Both the position numbers and the translations under genes were made by a program. Source: Scenedesmus sp. PABB004 (lineage: Eukaryota). Taken from it: a DNA stretch of 64,000 nt. Below are positions 12,819-25,700 of the stretch, piece after piece. Positions within the stretch are counted from its first letter, which is position 1. Every line of letters begins with the position of its first letter. The notes below the pieces were generated by a model. It saw only the letters and a program-made list of their open reading frames with translations. It made no database searches and had not been told where the DNA came from. Location: NCBI GenBank assembly GCA_014905635.1, contig JABVCE010000007.1, forward strand, positions 434,001-498,000, read 5' to 3'.

Positions 12819-15629
12819 CTACGCGCCCTCGCCGTGAGACGGCCGGTGGGGCTTGGCGGGCCGCGGCGCCCCCTGGGGCTGCTGCCCCTGCGCTGCGGCC
12901 GCCGCCGCCGCCGGCGGCGGCGCCGGCGCGCGCGGCCTCGCGGCAAACGCCTTGTGCAGCCGCGCGTGCGCGCTGCGCCACTCCGTCGCGCACGCCTCCT
13001 GCAGCTTGCGCGCCGCGCGCAGGATGTCTGGCGCGACCGAGTCGTGGCCCGCGCGCGGCCCGTTGAACGTCTGCGCGTTCGCCACGATCAGCGCCACGTC
13101 GGTCAGCAGCGCCGACACGCTCTGCCAGCCATAGAGGCGGCGGCGCGGCTGCTTCGCGCCCTGCGCCGCCGCCGCCGGCGCCGCCGGTGCGGGCGCCTCG
13201 GGCATCTCATACCGCCCGCCCGCGAGCGCCGCCCTGATGTCGGCCAGGCAGCAGGGGTGGCTGACCTCCTTGGAATAGTCCGGCACGCCCTCCACGGGCT
13301 CGCCGAACCAGCCCTCCTCGCGCTTGTCGGCCTCCCGCAGCTTGCGCACCAGCCCCTCCAGCGCCTCCCTGATCGCCGCGCTCAGCGTGGCGCGCGCCTT
13401 GTCCGGCGGCTCGCCGGCGTCGCCCAGCAGCTTGAGCAGCGCCACCTGCCAGTTCTGCAGCTGCTTGGCCTCGGGCACCAGGTGCAGCGCGGCCCAGGGC
13501 CCCCCCGGGGCGGCCTTGGAGAGGCCGGCCGCGTGGGTGAAGAAGTCTGGCGGCGCGCGCAGCCCGCCGGCGCCCAGCTCTGGCGGCGGCGCCCGCGTGT
13601 CGGCGGGCGGGTGCGCCGCCGGCTGCGCGGGACGCGCCTGCTTGGCCGCGGGCGGGGCCTGCGCGCCGCCCTCGTGCGGCCGCTTCACGCCCGCCACGGC
13701 GGGTCGCTGCTGCGGCGCCGGCGACTGCTGCGAGGGGCGCGCCTGGCCCTGCGGCGCCGCCAGGCCCTGCCGCTGCCGCGCCAGCGGCTGCTGCGTCTGC
13801 GTCTGCTTGCCCGCCGGCGCGAGCGACGCCGCGGGCGGCGCGCCCCGCGCGCCCGCCGGGCCGGCCGCCGCCGCGCCCGCCGGCGCGAGCGACGCCGGCG
13901 CCGCGAGGGGCAGCAGCTCGCGGACCAGGTCGGCCATGAGGCGCTCCAGCTTGCAGCGGCCCAGGAGCTCGCTGTTGAACGCGGCCATGGCCGCCGCGGG
14001 CGGCGGCGGGCCAAACACCGCCTGCTCGCTGGCCAGCTTGCTCGCGGCGTCGTCCAGCGGCGGCGGCATCTGCGCGAGGCACACCGCCGGCAGGCCCCGC
14101 AGCAGCGTCCAGCAGCCGTCCAGCATGCGCTGGGCGCCGGCCGCGTCCCCGGCCGCAGCAGCCTCGCCCGCGGCCTCGGGCGCCTTGTCGCCGGCGGTGC
14201 CGCCGGCGCCGCCGGCCGGCTGCCCCGCCATGCTCGCCGCGCGCCGCGCCAGCAGCTGCCCGAAGCTCGGGCGCTCGCCGCCGGCCGGGCCGCCCGCCGT
14301 AGCCTCGCGCGCCAGCTGGTCCGCCGCAAACACAGCGCTGCGAGGCGGCGGCGGGCGGGGTCGGGTGCGCGGCCCGCCCCCAAAGCGGCCGGGGCGGCCG
14401 GCACGGCGCGCCGCGAGCGCGCGCCCGCCGCCGCCGCACCTCGCGACGCCGCGCTGCAGCGCGAGCCCCGGCAGCCCCGCGCCCAGGCCCAGCACGCGGC
14501 GCTCCGCCTCCTTCTTGTCGCCGGCGGCGGCCGCGCCCTGCTCCGCCAGCGCGGCCTCCCCCAGGTGCCGTATGAGCGCCTTGGGCGCAAACACGAGGCG
14601 CGGCAGCGCGCCGCGCGCCGCCGCGACGACCGCCGCGCCCGCGGCCGCGTCGCCGTGCTGCCACGGCGGCAGCGGCGGCGCGAGGCGCCGCGTGGCCACC
14701 AGGTACTCGGGCAGGCGCTCCGCGCCCGCCCAGCGCAGGTCGGCCGCCGTGTAGGGCGCCTGGCGCGGCGCGCGGCGCGGCGCGGCGCGGGTCGGCAGGC
14801 CGCACTCCCGGGTGCCGCGCGGCGGCGGCGGCCCGCGCCGGCCCCGGGGGTGAGCGGGGCGGCGGCGGCGCGCACCTCCTGCAGCGGGAGGTACACGGTG
14901 CGCAGCGAGACCACGATGTCCCTGTCGCGCTTGTTGCGCGCGGGCAGGCGCAGCTCGTCGGGCTCCAGCCCCGGCACGTCGCGCTTGATGCAGCTGCCCC
15001 ACGCGAGGCGGCCCTCGCGCGCGCGCTTGCGCAGCTCGGCCAGCTTGGCGCGCGGCCGGCGGTCGTCGTCGGCGGCGCCCGGCGCTGCGGCGGGCGGGCG
15101 CGGCGCGGGGTCGGGCGAGCCCGCCCAGGCGGCGCGGCGGGCGCGGCGCGGCGCAGCGTGGCGGGGCGCGGCGGCCGCACCTGGCGCCCCGTGCGCCGCC
15201 GTGGCGGGGCCGATGGCGACGAGCTGCCACTCCGCGGTGGGGTCCTCAGGGTCGATCGCCAGCGCGGCGCCCCGCGCCGCGTCCCCGCCGCGTTCCTCGG
15301 CGACGAGCGCCGCCGCCGCCGCCGCGCCCGCCGCCGCCCAGCGCGCCTCGCACAGCCGGCGGTGCCCGGCGTCGCCCTGCACGCCGCGCTGCAGCGCAAA
15401 GGGCGGCACGCCGGCCGCCAGCCCGCCCGCCGCGCGCGCGGCGGCGGCGCTTGCCGGCGGCGGGCGCGGGTCGCACGGCGGCGCGGCGCCCGCCTCGCCG
15501 CCCTGGAGCTCCCGCTCCAGCGGGATCGGCACCATTGGCTTGGGCTCCCTCGTCTCCGCCACCTGCTGCTGCTGGCTGAGTGCAGCGCCCGGGCTCATGG
15601 TGGTGCCGTCGCCGCCCGGCGCCGGCAGC

Positions 15630-15663
<34 letters not shown>

Positions 15664-18620
15664 TGCCCAGGGAGGTGGCGGCGCCGAGCGCGGCGGCGCC
15701 GCCGGCGTCGGGCCCGCGCTGCGCGGCGGGCAGCGCGTCGTCGGCGCCGCCCGGGTCCATGCCCAGGTCCAGGTCCATGCCGCCGGGGGGCATGTAGGTC
15801 ACGTAGGCCGCCGCAGACATATCGGCGAAAAACTCCTTTGCGCGCGCGCGCGCCTCGGCGCGCGGCCAGCGCACGGCGTCCGCCAGCAGCTCGAGCTGGC
15901 GGCGGCAGCGGCGCGGCGGCAGCGGCGGTGGCGGCGGTGAGCCGGCGGCGCGGGCGCGGGCCGCCCCGCCGCCGCCCTCCGCCCGCCGGACGGGCCGGCG
16001 CGGCGCGGCGCCGCACCTTGGCCTGCACTGCCGACTTCAACGGCTCCAGCCGCGCGTCGCTGTCTGCGAGCGCCTGCGCCGGCAGCTGCGCCGCGACGCA
16101 CTCGTCTTTGTCGTAACGCAGCAACTCCCACCTGCGCGGCGCGGGGGGCGGGTCGGGGGCGGGGTCGGCACCGGGTCGTGCCGCCCCTCCCCCTCCCTCG
16201 AGCGCGCGAGCCCGCCCTCCCCCGGCCTGCACGGCGCCGCGGCCGCCGTGCTGCGCGCGCGCGCCTGCCGTCGCCGCGCCGGTACATTCCCAGCTCGGCG
16301 TTGTACTCAGCGGCGCCCTCCGGCAGCTCCCCCGCCGCGTGCGCCCGGGCGGCCCAGGCCAGGTAGCCCTCGGCCGCGGCGGGGCTCGGCTGCCGCCGCC
16401 CCGCCTGCTGCTCGCCCGCGCCCCCGCGCCGTCGTCGCCGGGCGGCGGGCTGCTCGGCAGGGGCGGCGGCGCGCTGGTGCTGCGGCTGCCGCTGCGGGCG
16501 CGGTCCTGCGAGCGGACGGCCGGCGCGGCGGCGGCACAGGTCGGGGCGCTCGCTGCCGCCTGGCGGACGGCCGCCATGTGCCGGCCGCTGCAAGGGCGGC
16601 CAGCAGCGCCAGCAGCGCGCCGCCCGCGGGCTCACCTCGCGGCTCCTGCTCTTGCTCCGTCGGCGCCCCGCGGCCTGCGCCGCCTGCGCCCTGCCCGGCC
16701 GCGGCGCGTCGCCCGCGTCGCGCGGCTCGTCGGGGCCGCGCTGCCGCGCGTCGCCCGCGTCGCGCAACTCGTCGGGGCCGCGCTGCCGCGCGCCGCGGCC
16801 GTCGCCCCGGTCATTGCGCGGCGTGCGGCGCGGCCGGTCATCGCGCTCCTCGCGCCTGGCTGGCGCGGGCTCGCGCCGCCGCTCACGCTCGCGCTCCCGC
16901 TCGCGCTCGCGCTCGCGCTCGCGCTCACGGTCCCGCTCCCGGTCGTCGCGCGGGCGCTCCCGCTCGCGGCTGCCGCGGCGGTCGCGCCTGCCGCGGCGGT
17001 CGCGCTCCGGCGTGGCCCGGCGGCCGCCGCGCTCGCTCTGGCCGCGATAGGCCTGCCAGCTGCTGCTGCGCTGCCTGTCGTCCTGCCAGCCCCGGCTGTC
17101 GTAGCCGCGGCCTCCGCCCCCGTACCAGCTGTGGCTGCGGTCGCGGCTGCGGTCGCGGCTGCGGCTGCGACTGCGGCTGCGGTCGCGGCTGCGGCGGCGG
17201 CTGCGGCTCCTGCTGCTGCTCCTGCCGCTGCTCCTGCTGCGGCTGCTGCTGCGGCTGCGGCTCCTGCTGGGGCTGCCGGTCTCGCTGCGGCCGTGCCGCG
17301 CGCGCTTGTGGCCGCGCCGCCTGCGCTCGCTGCGGTGCGACTGCGAGCGCGAGCGGCTCCGGCTGCGCTCCTCGCCGCTCGAGGGGCTCCAGCTCCTGCT
17401 GCTGCTGCTGCGCTTGCCGTCGTGCGCAGCAGGCAGGGGCACCGGCGCGGGCGCGGGCGCCGGTTGGTTGGGGCTGGCCGTCGGCTGGTCCCACTTGGAC
17501 CTGGCCCGACCGCCCTGCCCAGGCGACGCGGTCGGCGCCGCGCCCGGCGAACCGGCGCTGGCTGGCTGCATTGACAGGAGCGCCTCGAGGCTCTGCGCTG
17601 CCTTGTCCTGCACCTGCACGGCCGGCGGCGGCTGCACGCTCGCGGCGGGGACGGCCCCCGGCCCGCGGGGCGCAGCGTGCGGGGCAGGCAGTCTGAGCCC
17701 ATCGAGCGCCGCTGCCAGCGTGCTGGGCGCCGCCGGCGCTGCCAGCCGCGGCGACAGCGACGGCTGGCCCGGCGAGGGCGCGGGCGCCGCCGCCGCCTCG
17801 GCGGCCGCCGTGCGCCCTGGCTGCTCATGCACTTCGCCCTCCTCCTCGTCGCTCTGGCTGCTGCCCGCCATCTTGGCGCCCGCCGCGCCGGCCGCGCCGG
17901 CCGCGCCAGCCGCGCCTGCCGCACCAGGCGCGCCTGCTGCACGCGCCGCGCCCGCTGCGCTGCCGGCGGACTTGGGCCGCAGCGCCGCCAGGCCCAGGCG
18001 CTTGAGCGCAGGGTTCACCGCCGAGACCACGGTCACTGGCTTGCCGGCCGGCGACCGCGACGTGAGCGCCGCGGCGGGGCTCACGGCCGCCGATCCCGCC
18101 ACGGGCGTCTGCGCGCCCGAGCCGCCCGGCGCCGGCGGCGGCGGCTCCATGGGCACCGGCGGCGGCGGCTCGATGGGCGGCGGCGGCGGCCTGCCCACCT
18201 GCGCCGCTGGCGGCGGCGGCTCCCGCGGCGGCGGCGGCAGCGCCCCGGCGGTGGCGCGCCGGCCGGCGGCTGCGGGCCGGCCGGCAGCGGCGGGCCGGGC
18301 GGCGGCTGCGGGAGGTTTGGCGGCCAGTGTCCGGCCGGCGCGGCGCCGCCAGAGGGACCGTAGTGCCCGCCATACGGGCCGCCGGGGTGCGCGTGGGCGT
18401 AGGCGTACGCCGGCGGCGGCTGGCCGTAGGCGGGCGCCCCCCACTGCTGCTGGTGCGTCGGCTGCAGCGCCATCGGGCGCACGTGCGCCGGCTGCGGGGG
18501 ACCCCGGCTGGGGTGCCCCGGCGGGGGATGCCCTGGGTGCCAGGGTGCCCCGGGCGGCGGCGCGCCGGGCCAGGCGTGCTGCGGCGGGCCCTGCCAGCCG
18601 CCGTTCGGCGGCGTCGCCAT
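12819..18620 (-). CDS. Large nuclear protein: Pro-rich N-terminus, RS/RE-rich region and C-terminal bromodomain, multi-exon
   Basis: ATG at 18620 (MATPPNGGWQGPP); RSRSRS/RERERE tract at ~16650-17400; bromodomain GWFGEPVEGVPDYSKEVSHPCCLADIR..LLTDVALIVANAQTFNG; stop TAG at 12819. Frameshift at ~18245. Joining all parts into one gene is inferred. Confidence 0.7.
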
Positions 18621-19424
18621 GGCCGCGCCGCCGATCAGCGGCGCCGGGCGCGATCAGCGCCGGGCGCCGCCGCCGCTGCTGCCGCGCCGCATGCCGCGCA
18701 CGGGCCGCCGCTGCTGCTGCCAGCCGGCCGCCGCTGCTGCCGTCCTGCGGGGCGGCGCGCGCGGCGATCACCGCGGTGGTGAGGTCGCGCGAGGGCGCGG
18801 CGCCGCCGCGATCGGCCGCCCCGCGGCTTGCAGGGCACCCGGCAGCGCGTTCGCCCCCGCTGCTCGCGCCGCGGCCGGGTGGTGCCGCTGCGCCGCGTCA
18901 GTGGCTTGCCACGGCGGCGACGTGCACGCCGCCAGCGGGCCCGGGCGGCGCGGCGGCGCCCGGCGGCGGCGCGGCGGGCCGCGCGGCGGCGCCGCGCCAA
19001 CCACCACCACCCACCTGCGCGCGGGGCCTGCGGCGCTTCCCCGAGCGAACCGTCCGCTTGCTTCCCCTTCAGCCGCGGCAGCGGCGCCGGCTGTTGCTGC
19101 GGCGCAGAAGGATGGTGGCGCGAGCGTCGACTTGCTGCTGCTGCTGCTGCTCCACCGGCAGCGAGCGTCCGGCCGCCTCCTAGGGGCTGCCCCGTGCTGC
19201 GTTGGGAGTGTGTGGCGCGAGCCTGGGGCGCCCGCTGGGGCGCCGAGAGTCGACGAGCCAAAGTGACAGTTCACGGAAAACGCCTTTTCGCGCCGCCCGC
19301 ACGCGCCGTCACTCTCCTCACCGCCACCTATCTGCCGCAGCCGCGCAGCCCGTCAGTGCGCGCGCCCGCCGTCGGCGGAGGTCGCGCCCATCGTTCGGTC
19401 CCTGCCGCCGCCTGCAGCGCACGC

Positions 19425-20096
19425 ATGGCGCTGGCGCAGCGCGGGCTGGCGGCCCGGCGGGCTGCCGCTGCCCCTGCGAGCGCGGCCCGGGCGCCACGCG
19501 CTGCGGTGCGCGCGGCCGCGGGCAGCAGCAGCAGCGGGCCGGTCATGCTCGAGGTGCGCGACCTGGAGGCCAAGATTGCCGAGACGGGGCAGCAGATCCT
19601 CAACGGCGTCAGCCTCACCATCCGCGAGGGCGAGGTGCACGCCATCATGGGCAAGAACGGGTCCGGCAAGTCGACGCTGAGCAAGGTGCTCGTCGGCCAC
19701 CCCGACTACGAGGTCACCGGCGGGACGGCCACGTACAAGGGCCGCGACCTCTTCGCGCTGGAGCCCGAGGAGCGCAGCCACGAGGGCCTGTTTCTGAGCT
19801 TCCAGAGCCCGATCGAGATCCCCGGCGTCAGCAACGTCGACTTCCTGCGCATGGCCTGCAACGCGCGCCGCAAGGCGCTCGGCCAGGCCGAGCTCGACCC
19901 GCTCGAGTTCTACGCCCACGTCATCCCCAAGGCGCGCGCCGGCGGGCGCACGCTGCGGGGGGCACCCGCGGCGGCGGACCCCGCGCCGCGCCGGCGCGCG
20001 GCCGCGCTCACGCGCGCGCGCCGCGCCCGCCCGCAGCTGGAGCTGCTGAAGATGGACCCCACCTTCCTCAACCGCAACGTCAACCAGGGCTTCTCC

Positions 20097-20129
<33 letters not shown>

Positions 20130-20635
20130 CTCGCGGTGCTCGAGGTGCGACGACGCGGCGGCGCACGCGCGCGGGCGGGCGGCGGCGGCGGCGCTGCTGC
20201 ACGTCACGGCGGGCCCCGCGCCCGCGGGCGCTCAGCCGCCGCCGCGCGCGCGCCGCGGGGGGCGCAGGCGGAGATGGCCATCCTGGATGAGATCGACAGC
20301 GGGCTGGACATCGACGCGCTGCGCGACGTCGCGGGCGCGGTCAACGGGCTCAAGACGCCGCAGCGCAGCTTGCTCATGGTCACGCACTACCGGGTGCAGT
20401 GCGCGCGCGCGCGGAGCAGCTGCAGCGGCGGCGCCCGCGGCGCCTGCGGCGGCCGCGCCCGCGCCTGACGCTCGACCAACCCGCGCCGCCCCGCGCCGGC
20501 GCGCAGCGGCTGCTCGACTACATCAAGCCCGACTTCATCCACATCATGGAGGCCGGCCGCATCACCACGACGGGCGGCATGGAGATCGTGGACACGCTCG
20601 AGGCGGGCGGCTACGCGATGCTCTCGACCGCCTGA
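19425..20635 (+). CDS. SUFC: Plastid Fe-S cluster assembly ABC ATPase SufC (4 exons)
   Basis: Transit peptide; HAIMGKNGSGKSTL (Walker A), FLSFQSPIEIPGVSN, NVNQGFSGGEKKRNEILQ, ILDEIDSGLDIDAL, THY..LLDYIKPDFIHIM. Confidence 0.96.
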
Positions 20636-20962
20636 GAGCAGCGGCGGCGCGCGCGGGCGCGGCGACGGCGGCGCGCACGGGCGGCTGCAGCGGCAGGCCC
20701 CCGCGCCGCCGCGGGCGTGGCAGCAGGAGTCAGAACCCAATCCCGCAGTTTTGGTTGCACGGCGGGGCGGCGAGGATTGTGACGAGCTGGTGGCCGTGAG
20801 CCGAGCTTGCCCCCCACGGTCCCGCCGCCGGGTCCAGGTCCAGCGTCACGCGCCCGCCCGGCCCTCCCGCATCCAGCCGCGCCTCTCGGTCCCTCGCCGC
20901 CCAGCGCCGCTGCTGCCGCCGCCGCTGCTGCCGCTCCCGCCGCTCGCTGCCGCCGCCGCAGC

Positions 20963-22450
20963 ATGCGGCTCGCGGGCTGGGCGGCCGCGCCGCCGTGCAC
21001 ATGTCGGTGGCGGCTTGGGCGGCGGCCGCGCGGCCCGGCAGCGCCCGCGGCGGCGCGGCGGCCGCTGGGCCCGGAGCCGCCGCCGCGCGCCGGCCGCGCC
21101 CCCAAGCCCGACTGGGTGCGCGTGCTCGAGGAGGACGCGGGCGTGGATGAGGAGGTGGCGGAGCTGCTGCAGGGGACGGACGGCGACCCCGACAAGATCA
21201 GGGCCAAGATGGAGGCCAAGCTCGCGACGCCGCCCGACGCGCCGGCGCTGCCCTTTGCCAACACCGGCTCGCCCGAGCCGCCCCGCGTCGTCTTCCGCGA
21301 GGTGGACGTCTTCGACCTGTGGGTGTGGCTGGAGCTGGCGGCGCCGCCGAGCGAGCGCGAGCGCGAGCTGCTGTCGAGCGTCGTGCGCTCCTGGTTTGTC
21401 GTCGGCAAGCTCGGAGGCTACAACAGCGGCAACCTGCAGGCGCGCCGCCGCGGCCGGCGCCCCCCGCACTGCGCGCGCGCGCGCGCGCCTGCAGCCCAGC
21501 CGCGCCGCGGCGGCAGCGCGCAGCACACCGCGCCGACCAGCCGCGGCGGCAGCGCGCAGCACGCCGCGCCGACGGGCCCGCGCCGACGCGCCCCGGGCCG
21601 CCGCTCCCCCCCCCCCCCCCCCCATCTTTCCTCCGTGCCGCAGGTCTTTTACAACAACAGCGACGACACGAGCTTCTTCGAGTACGATGGCGCCGACGCG
21701 GAGTCCGGCTTTCGCGCGCTCATGCATGAGGTGAGCGACCCGGAGTTCAGGGGCTCCTGGGCGCGCTTCCACGTCGACCTCGGCACCGCGGACGAGCTCG
21801 CGTTCGACGTGCTCATAAACATGCTCTCGGGGTTTAGCGCCGAGGTCGCCGGCATCGCGCGCATCCAGCTCGGCGGCGAGCACCCGCGCTGGGCGCTGCC
21901 CGACGGCGACGGCGGCGAGGCCGGCGACGAGGAGGAGGAGGGCGGCGAGGGCGAGGAGGGCGGCGCGGCGCGCGCGCGCGGCGCGCGGCGCGAGCACGGG
22001 CAGGCGCCCAAGGTGCGCGGCAGCGCCCGCGCGCCGCCGCCGCGGCCCGCCGCCGCGCCGCGGCCGGCGCCCCGCACAGCACTCGGCGGCGCCGCGCCCA
22101 AACCCTGCCCCACCCCTCCGCTCCTAAACCCTCAGGTGGGCATGAACCCGATGCGCCTGCCGGAGGGCCTCGACGAGGAGCTGGCCCTGCTGGACGAGCT
22201 CGGCTCCCTCTACGACGGCACCGGCGGGAGCGACCCCCAGCAGCCGGGCCCGCCGGGCATGCCTCGCGCGCCCGGGCCGGCGTCGGGCCCGGGGCGCGGC
22301 GGGCTGCGCCCGGTCAGCCCGGCGGCGCCGTTTGGGCGCGCCGCCGGCGGCGGCGGCGGCGGAAACAGCCAGCGCAGGCAGCAGCAGCAGCAGCAGGGCA
22401 TGCGCACGTACAGCCCCGAGGAGTTTCGGAGAGCTGACCCGCTGCTGTAA
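20963..22450 (+). CDS. DUF3531 family protein (cyanobacterial/plastid type), 3 exons
   Basis: FREVDVFDLWVWLEL..SWFVVGKLGGYNSGNLQ|VFY..LMHEVSDPEFRGSWARFHVDLGTADELAFDVLINML; transit-peptide-like N-terminus; stop TAA at 22448-22450. Confidence 0.85.
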   Translation: MRLAGWAAAPPCTCRWRLGRRPRGPAAPAAARRPLGPEPPPRAGRAPKPDWVRVLEEDAGVDEEVAELLQGTDGDPDKIRAKMEAKLATPPDAPALPFANTGSPEPPRVVFREVDVFDLWVWLELAAPPSERERELLSSVVRSWFVVGKLGGYNSGNLQARRRGRRPPHCARARAPAAQPRRGGSAQHTAPTSRGGSAQHAAPTGPRRRAPGRRSPPPPPHLSSVPQVFYNNSDDTSFFEYDGADAESGFRALMHEVSDPEFRGSWARFHVDLGTADELAFDVLINMLSGFSAEVAGIARIQLGGEHPRWALPDGDGGEAGDEEEEGGEGEEGGAARARGARREHGQAPKVRGSARAPPPRPAAAPRPAPRTALGGAAPKPCPTPPLLNPQVGMNPMRLPEGLDEELALLDELGSLYDGTGGSDPQQPGPPGMPRAPGPASGPGRGGLRPVSPAAPFGRAAGGGGGGNSQRRQQQQQQGMRTYSPEEFRRADPLL

Positions 22451-22773
22451 CGACTGCACGAGCTCTCCGCCCGCGCCTCCCGCTCGCGAGATCATGGGGC
22501 GACCCTCCCGCGACAGCTGGGCGTGGCTGATCGGCGGGGGCGAGCAGCACTGAGCACGCCGCGGCCCGCAGCGGCCGCCAGCGTCAACAGCAGCGCCTCC
22601 GCGGCCCCTCACATCGTCCGATCGCCGCGATCCTGTCGGGTGCAGACGCTCCTCGCGAGGCTGAAGCGCCAAGCCCTCGGTCAGCCGCGCCGTTTGCAAG
22701 CGCTGCTGTCGCCGCCGCCAGCCGCTGCAGCAGCCCGTCATGTGTGCCGCTAAACCTTGAACGTCGTGCCAGA

Positions 22774-25700
22774 ATGCAGAAGCAACGTACTCAGAAGGCG
22801 GCGGCGGCCGGCCGGCGCGGCGGCAGTGCGCAGGCCGGCGGGCGCAGCGCCGCGACCGCTGCCCCCGCAGCCGCTGCCGAAGCGCCCGCCGGCGGGCCGC
22901 AGTGCCCGGCCGGTGGCCCCCGGGGCGTCCCCGGCACCCCCCTGCCCGGCGCCGGCAAGCTGGCGCGCTCGCCGGGCGGCCTGATGCGCCCCACGGCGAG
23001 CGGCGCGGCGCGCCAGGCGGCGGCTGCTCCCGCCGGCAGCGCCTCGCGCGCGCCCGGCGGCGGCAAGCAGGCCAGCGCGCGTGACATCTTCAATCGGCCG
23101 CTGGCGCCCCGCGCGGCCAGGAGCCCCGCGCAGCTGCCAGCGGCGATGCCGGCGCCGGCCACGGCAGCGCGCAGCACGCCGCCGGAGTGGAGCGCAGGGC
23201 TGCCGACGGACCAGTGGCCGGGCGACGGTGCGCTGGCGGCTGCCCAGGCGGCGCTGGGCGTTGACGCTGGGCTGGCAGTCGCCGAGGCCCTGCTGCGGCG
23301 ACACAGCCTGTGCGTCGCGGCCGACCCGCCCGGGGTGCTGCGAGCCAACCCGCTGTTCTCAGCCGCCGGTGGCGGCGGCGGCCCGGACGGCGCGGCGCCG
23401 GCCAGCGCAGCCGGCACCAGCGCCGGCGGCGCGGGCGACGACGGCCACAGCATCGCCGGCGGCGGCGCCGGTAGCGGCGCCGAGCTTCTCACTGTGATGG
23501 GCAACCCCCTGTTCAAAGGCCGCTCCGTGCTGCAGTGGCTGCTGCGGCGCCACTCCGAGTCGGCCGGCGGCGCCGCCAGCGCGGGCGGGAGCCCGGCGCT
23601 GCTGCCGCACGAGAGCGAGCTGCTGTCCGCGCTCGGCGCCGCGGGCGTGCAGCCCAGCTTCTCCCTGGACGCGCCCCAGCTCTCTGCCCTGATCAAGGAG
23701 CGCCTGTCGACGCCCAACCTCACGATCACATCCGAGCTCACGCCCGACGCCCTCACCAGCGGCCGCGGCGGCACGGCGGCCGCCGGCGCGCCGAGCGGCG
23801 GCGGCGACGCCGACAGCGACGGCGGCCTCGAGGTGTTGCACTCGGCGGACGGCGGCGCGGCGCCGGCGGCGCTGCAGCCCGGAGACCTGATCTATGAGCT
23901 GCTGCCGGGGGCCGCGGGGCGGCTGCTCTCGTGGTCAGGGGTGAGCGAGCGAGCGAGCGAGCTCTGCCCGCGCTGGACCGCGGGGCGGCGGGGGCGGGGG
24001 AGTGCACGGGGCCGCACAGAGCAAGTGCGCTCCGCCCGGCGGCGCAGGTGTCGAGCGCCTCGGGCAGCAGCTTTGGCTCGCTGGGCACCATCGGCACGCT
24101 CCAGGACACCACGCGCACGGCGGCGGGCTCGCACGGCGGCGGCACCGCAGACGGCGCGCCGCTGGCCGCGCAGCTGCCGGCGGGCCGGTTCGGCGTCGGT
24201 GCCAGCGTGCCGGGCGCGGTCTGGTCGGACGCAGGCGGCGGAAAGCTCGCACGCCTGGCGAGCGCCGAGGTGGGGCGGCTCGCGAGCGGCCGCCAGCCTT
24301 GCTCCCCGTGCCACCCGCGCGCGCCCTCCGCGGGCTGACGCCGCCGCCGCCGCCGTGGCCGCCGCGCTGCTCCCCGACCTCCCACGCAGCGCCTGCTCCG
24401 CCAGCATGGGCTGCTGGGGAGCTACGTCAGCAGCAGCACGGCGGCGCTGCTCGGCACCCAGGCGGCGCTGGTCGCCGCGCTCAGCGCCGGCGGCGGCGGC
24501 CGCGGCTCCGCCGGTGCCGCGCACGTGCGCGGCGCGCGGGACAAGCGGCAGCTGGCCAAGGCGCTCAGTGCGCGCATGCGGCGGCAAGTGTGGGCGCCGC
24601 CGCCGGGCTGGGCTGGTCCGCTGGAGCTGGTCTGGAGCCCGCTCGGCTGCGCCGCCTGCCTCGCCTACCTCGCCGCCTCGGTGTTTTACCTCATCACGCG
24701 CGTCACGCACACCCTGCCCCAGCTCGGCAACACGGCGTGGTGCGCTGAGCCGACGGCCGCGCGCAGCGCACGCACGCAGCGCAGCGGGGAGCTTGGCGGG
24801 GCAGCGCGGGGGCCGGGGAGGGGCGCAGCACGGGACGAGGCAAGCCGCCCCGAGCCCGCGCGCGCTGCCGCACGCTGGTCCCAGGTACGGTGCGATCGTG
24901 CTGGGCGTGGAGGTGCTGGGCGTCGTCGCGATGGTCCCGTTTTGCCTCATGCTGCCGCGGCGCTGTGCGCGGACGGCGGCGCTGCCCGACGGGCTGCCGC
25001 GCGACGACGGGCGCTGGGTGCTGCCCAAGGACAAGCGCTTTGCCGTGCGCGTGCTCGTCCCCTGCTACAAGGTCAGCCCTTGCGGTGCGGCAGCACAGCA
25101 CGGCGCGCAGTCTCGCGCCTCACCCAGCACCGCCGCGCCGCCGCCGCAGGAGAGCCTCGGCACGGTGCGGGCGACCGTCGGGGCCGCACTCGTGGCGGAG
25201 CTGCCGCCCGGCGTGTCGCGGACTGTCTGTGTCTGCGACGACGGCTGCGACGCGGACAAGGCCGCCTGGGTCGCGACCCTGGGCCCCGCCGCCGTGTGAG
25301 CCCTCGGGGCGGGCGGCTGCAGCGGCGGCGGCGCCTGCACGGGCCGCGCGGGCGCGCCATGCCCTGCCCTTGCCGCCGCGCGCGCGTTACGCCGCCGCCC
25401 GTCCGCCCGCCGCGCAGGTATGTGTCTGGGCGCGTGCGCCCGCGTGGCGAGGTCAACGGCAAGGCCGCCAACCTGAACCACTGCCTCCGGCAGATCTACG
25501 GCGCCGCCGCGGGCGCCGCTGCCGCCGGCAGCATCCCCGCGACGGAGCTCGTGGTCGTGTTTGATGCCGACCAGGCCGCCAAGCCCGCCTTCTTCAGGCA
25601 GGTCCTCGCGGTCATGTGGGACGAGGCCGTGGGGCTGTGCCTCACGCCCCAGGCCTTCCACAACGTCGAGCAGCACAGCGACGTGTTCAACCACATCAAC

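Noticed and set aside
16705..16790. 42-bp tandem repeat encoding ARQRGPDE(L/P)RDAGD twice
   Set aside because: Local duplication within a low-complexity coding region.
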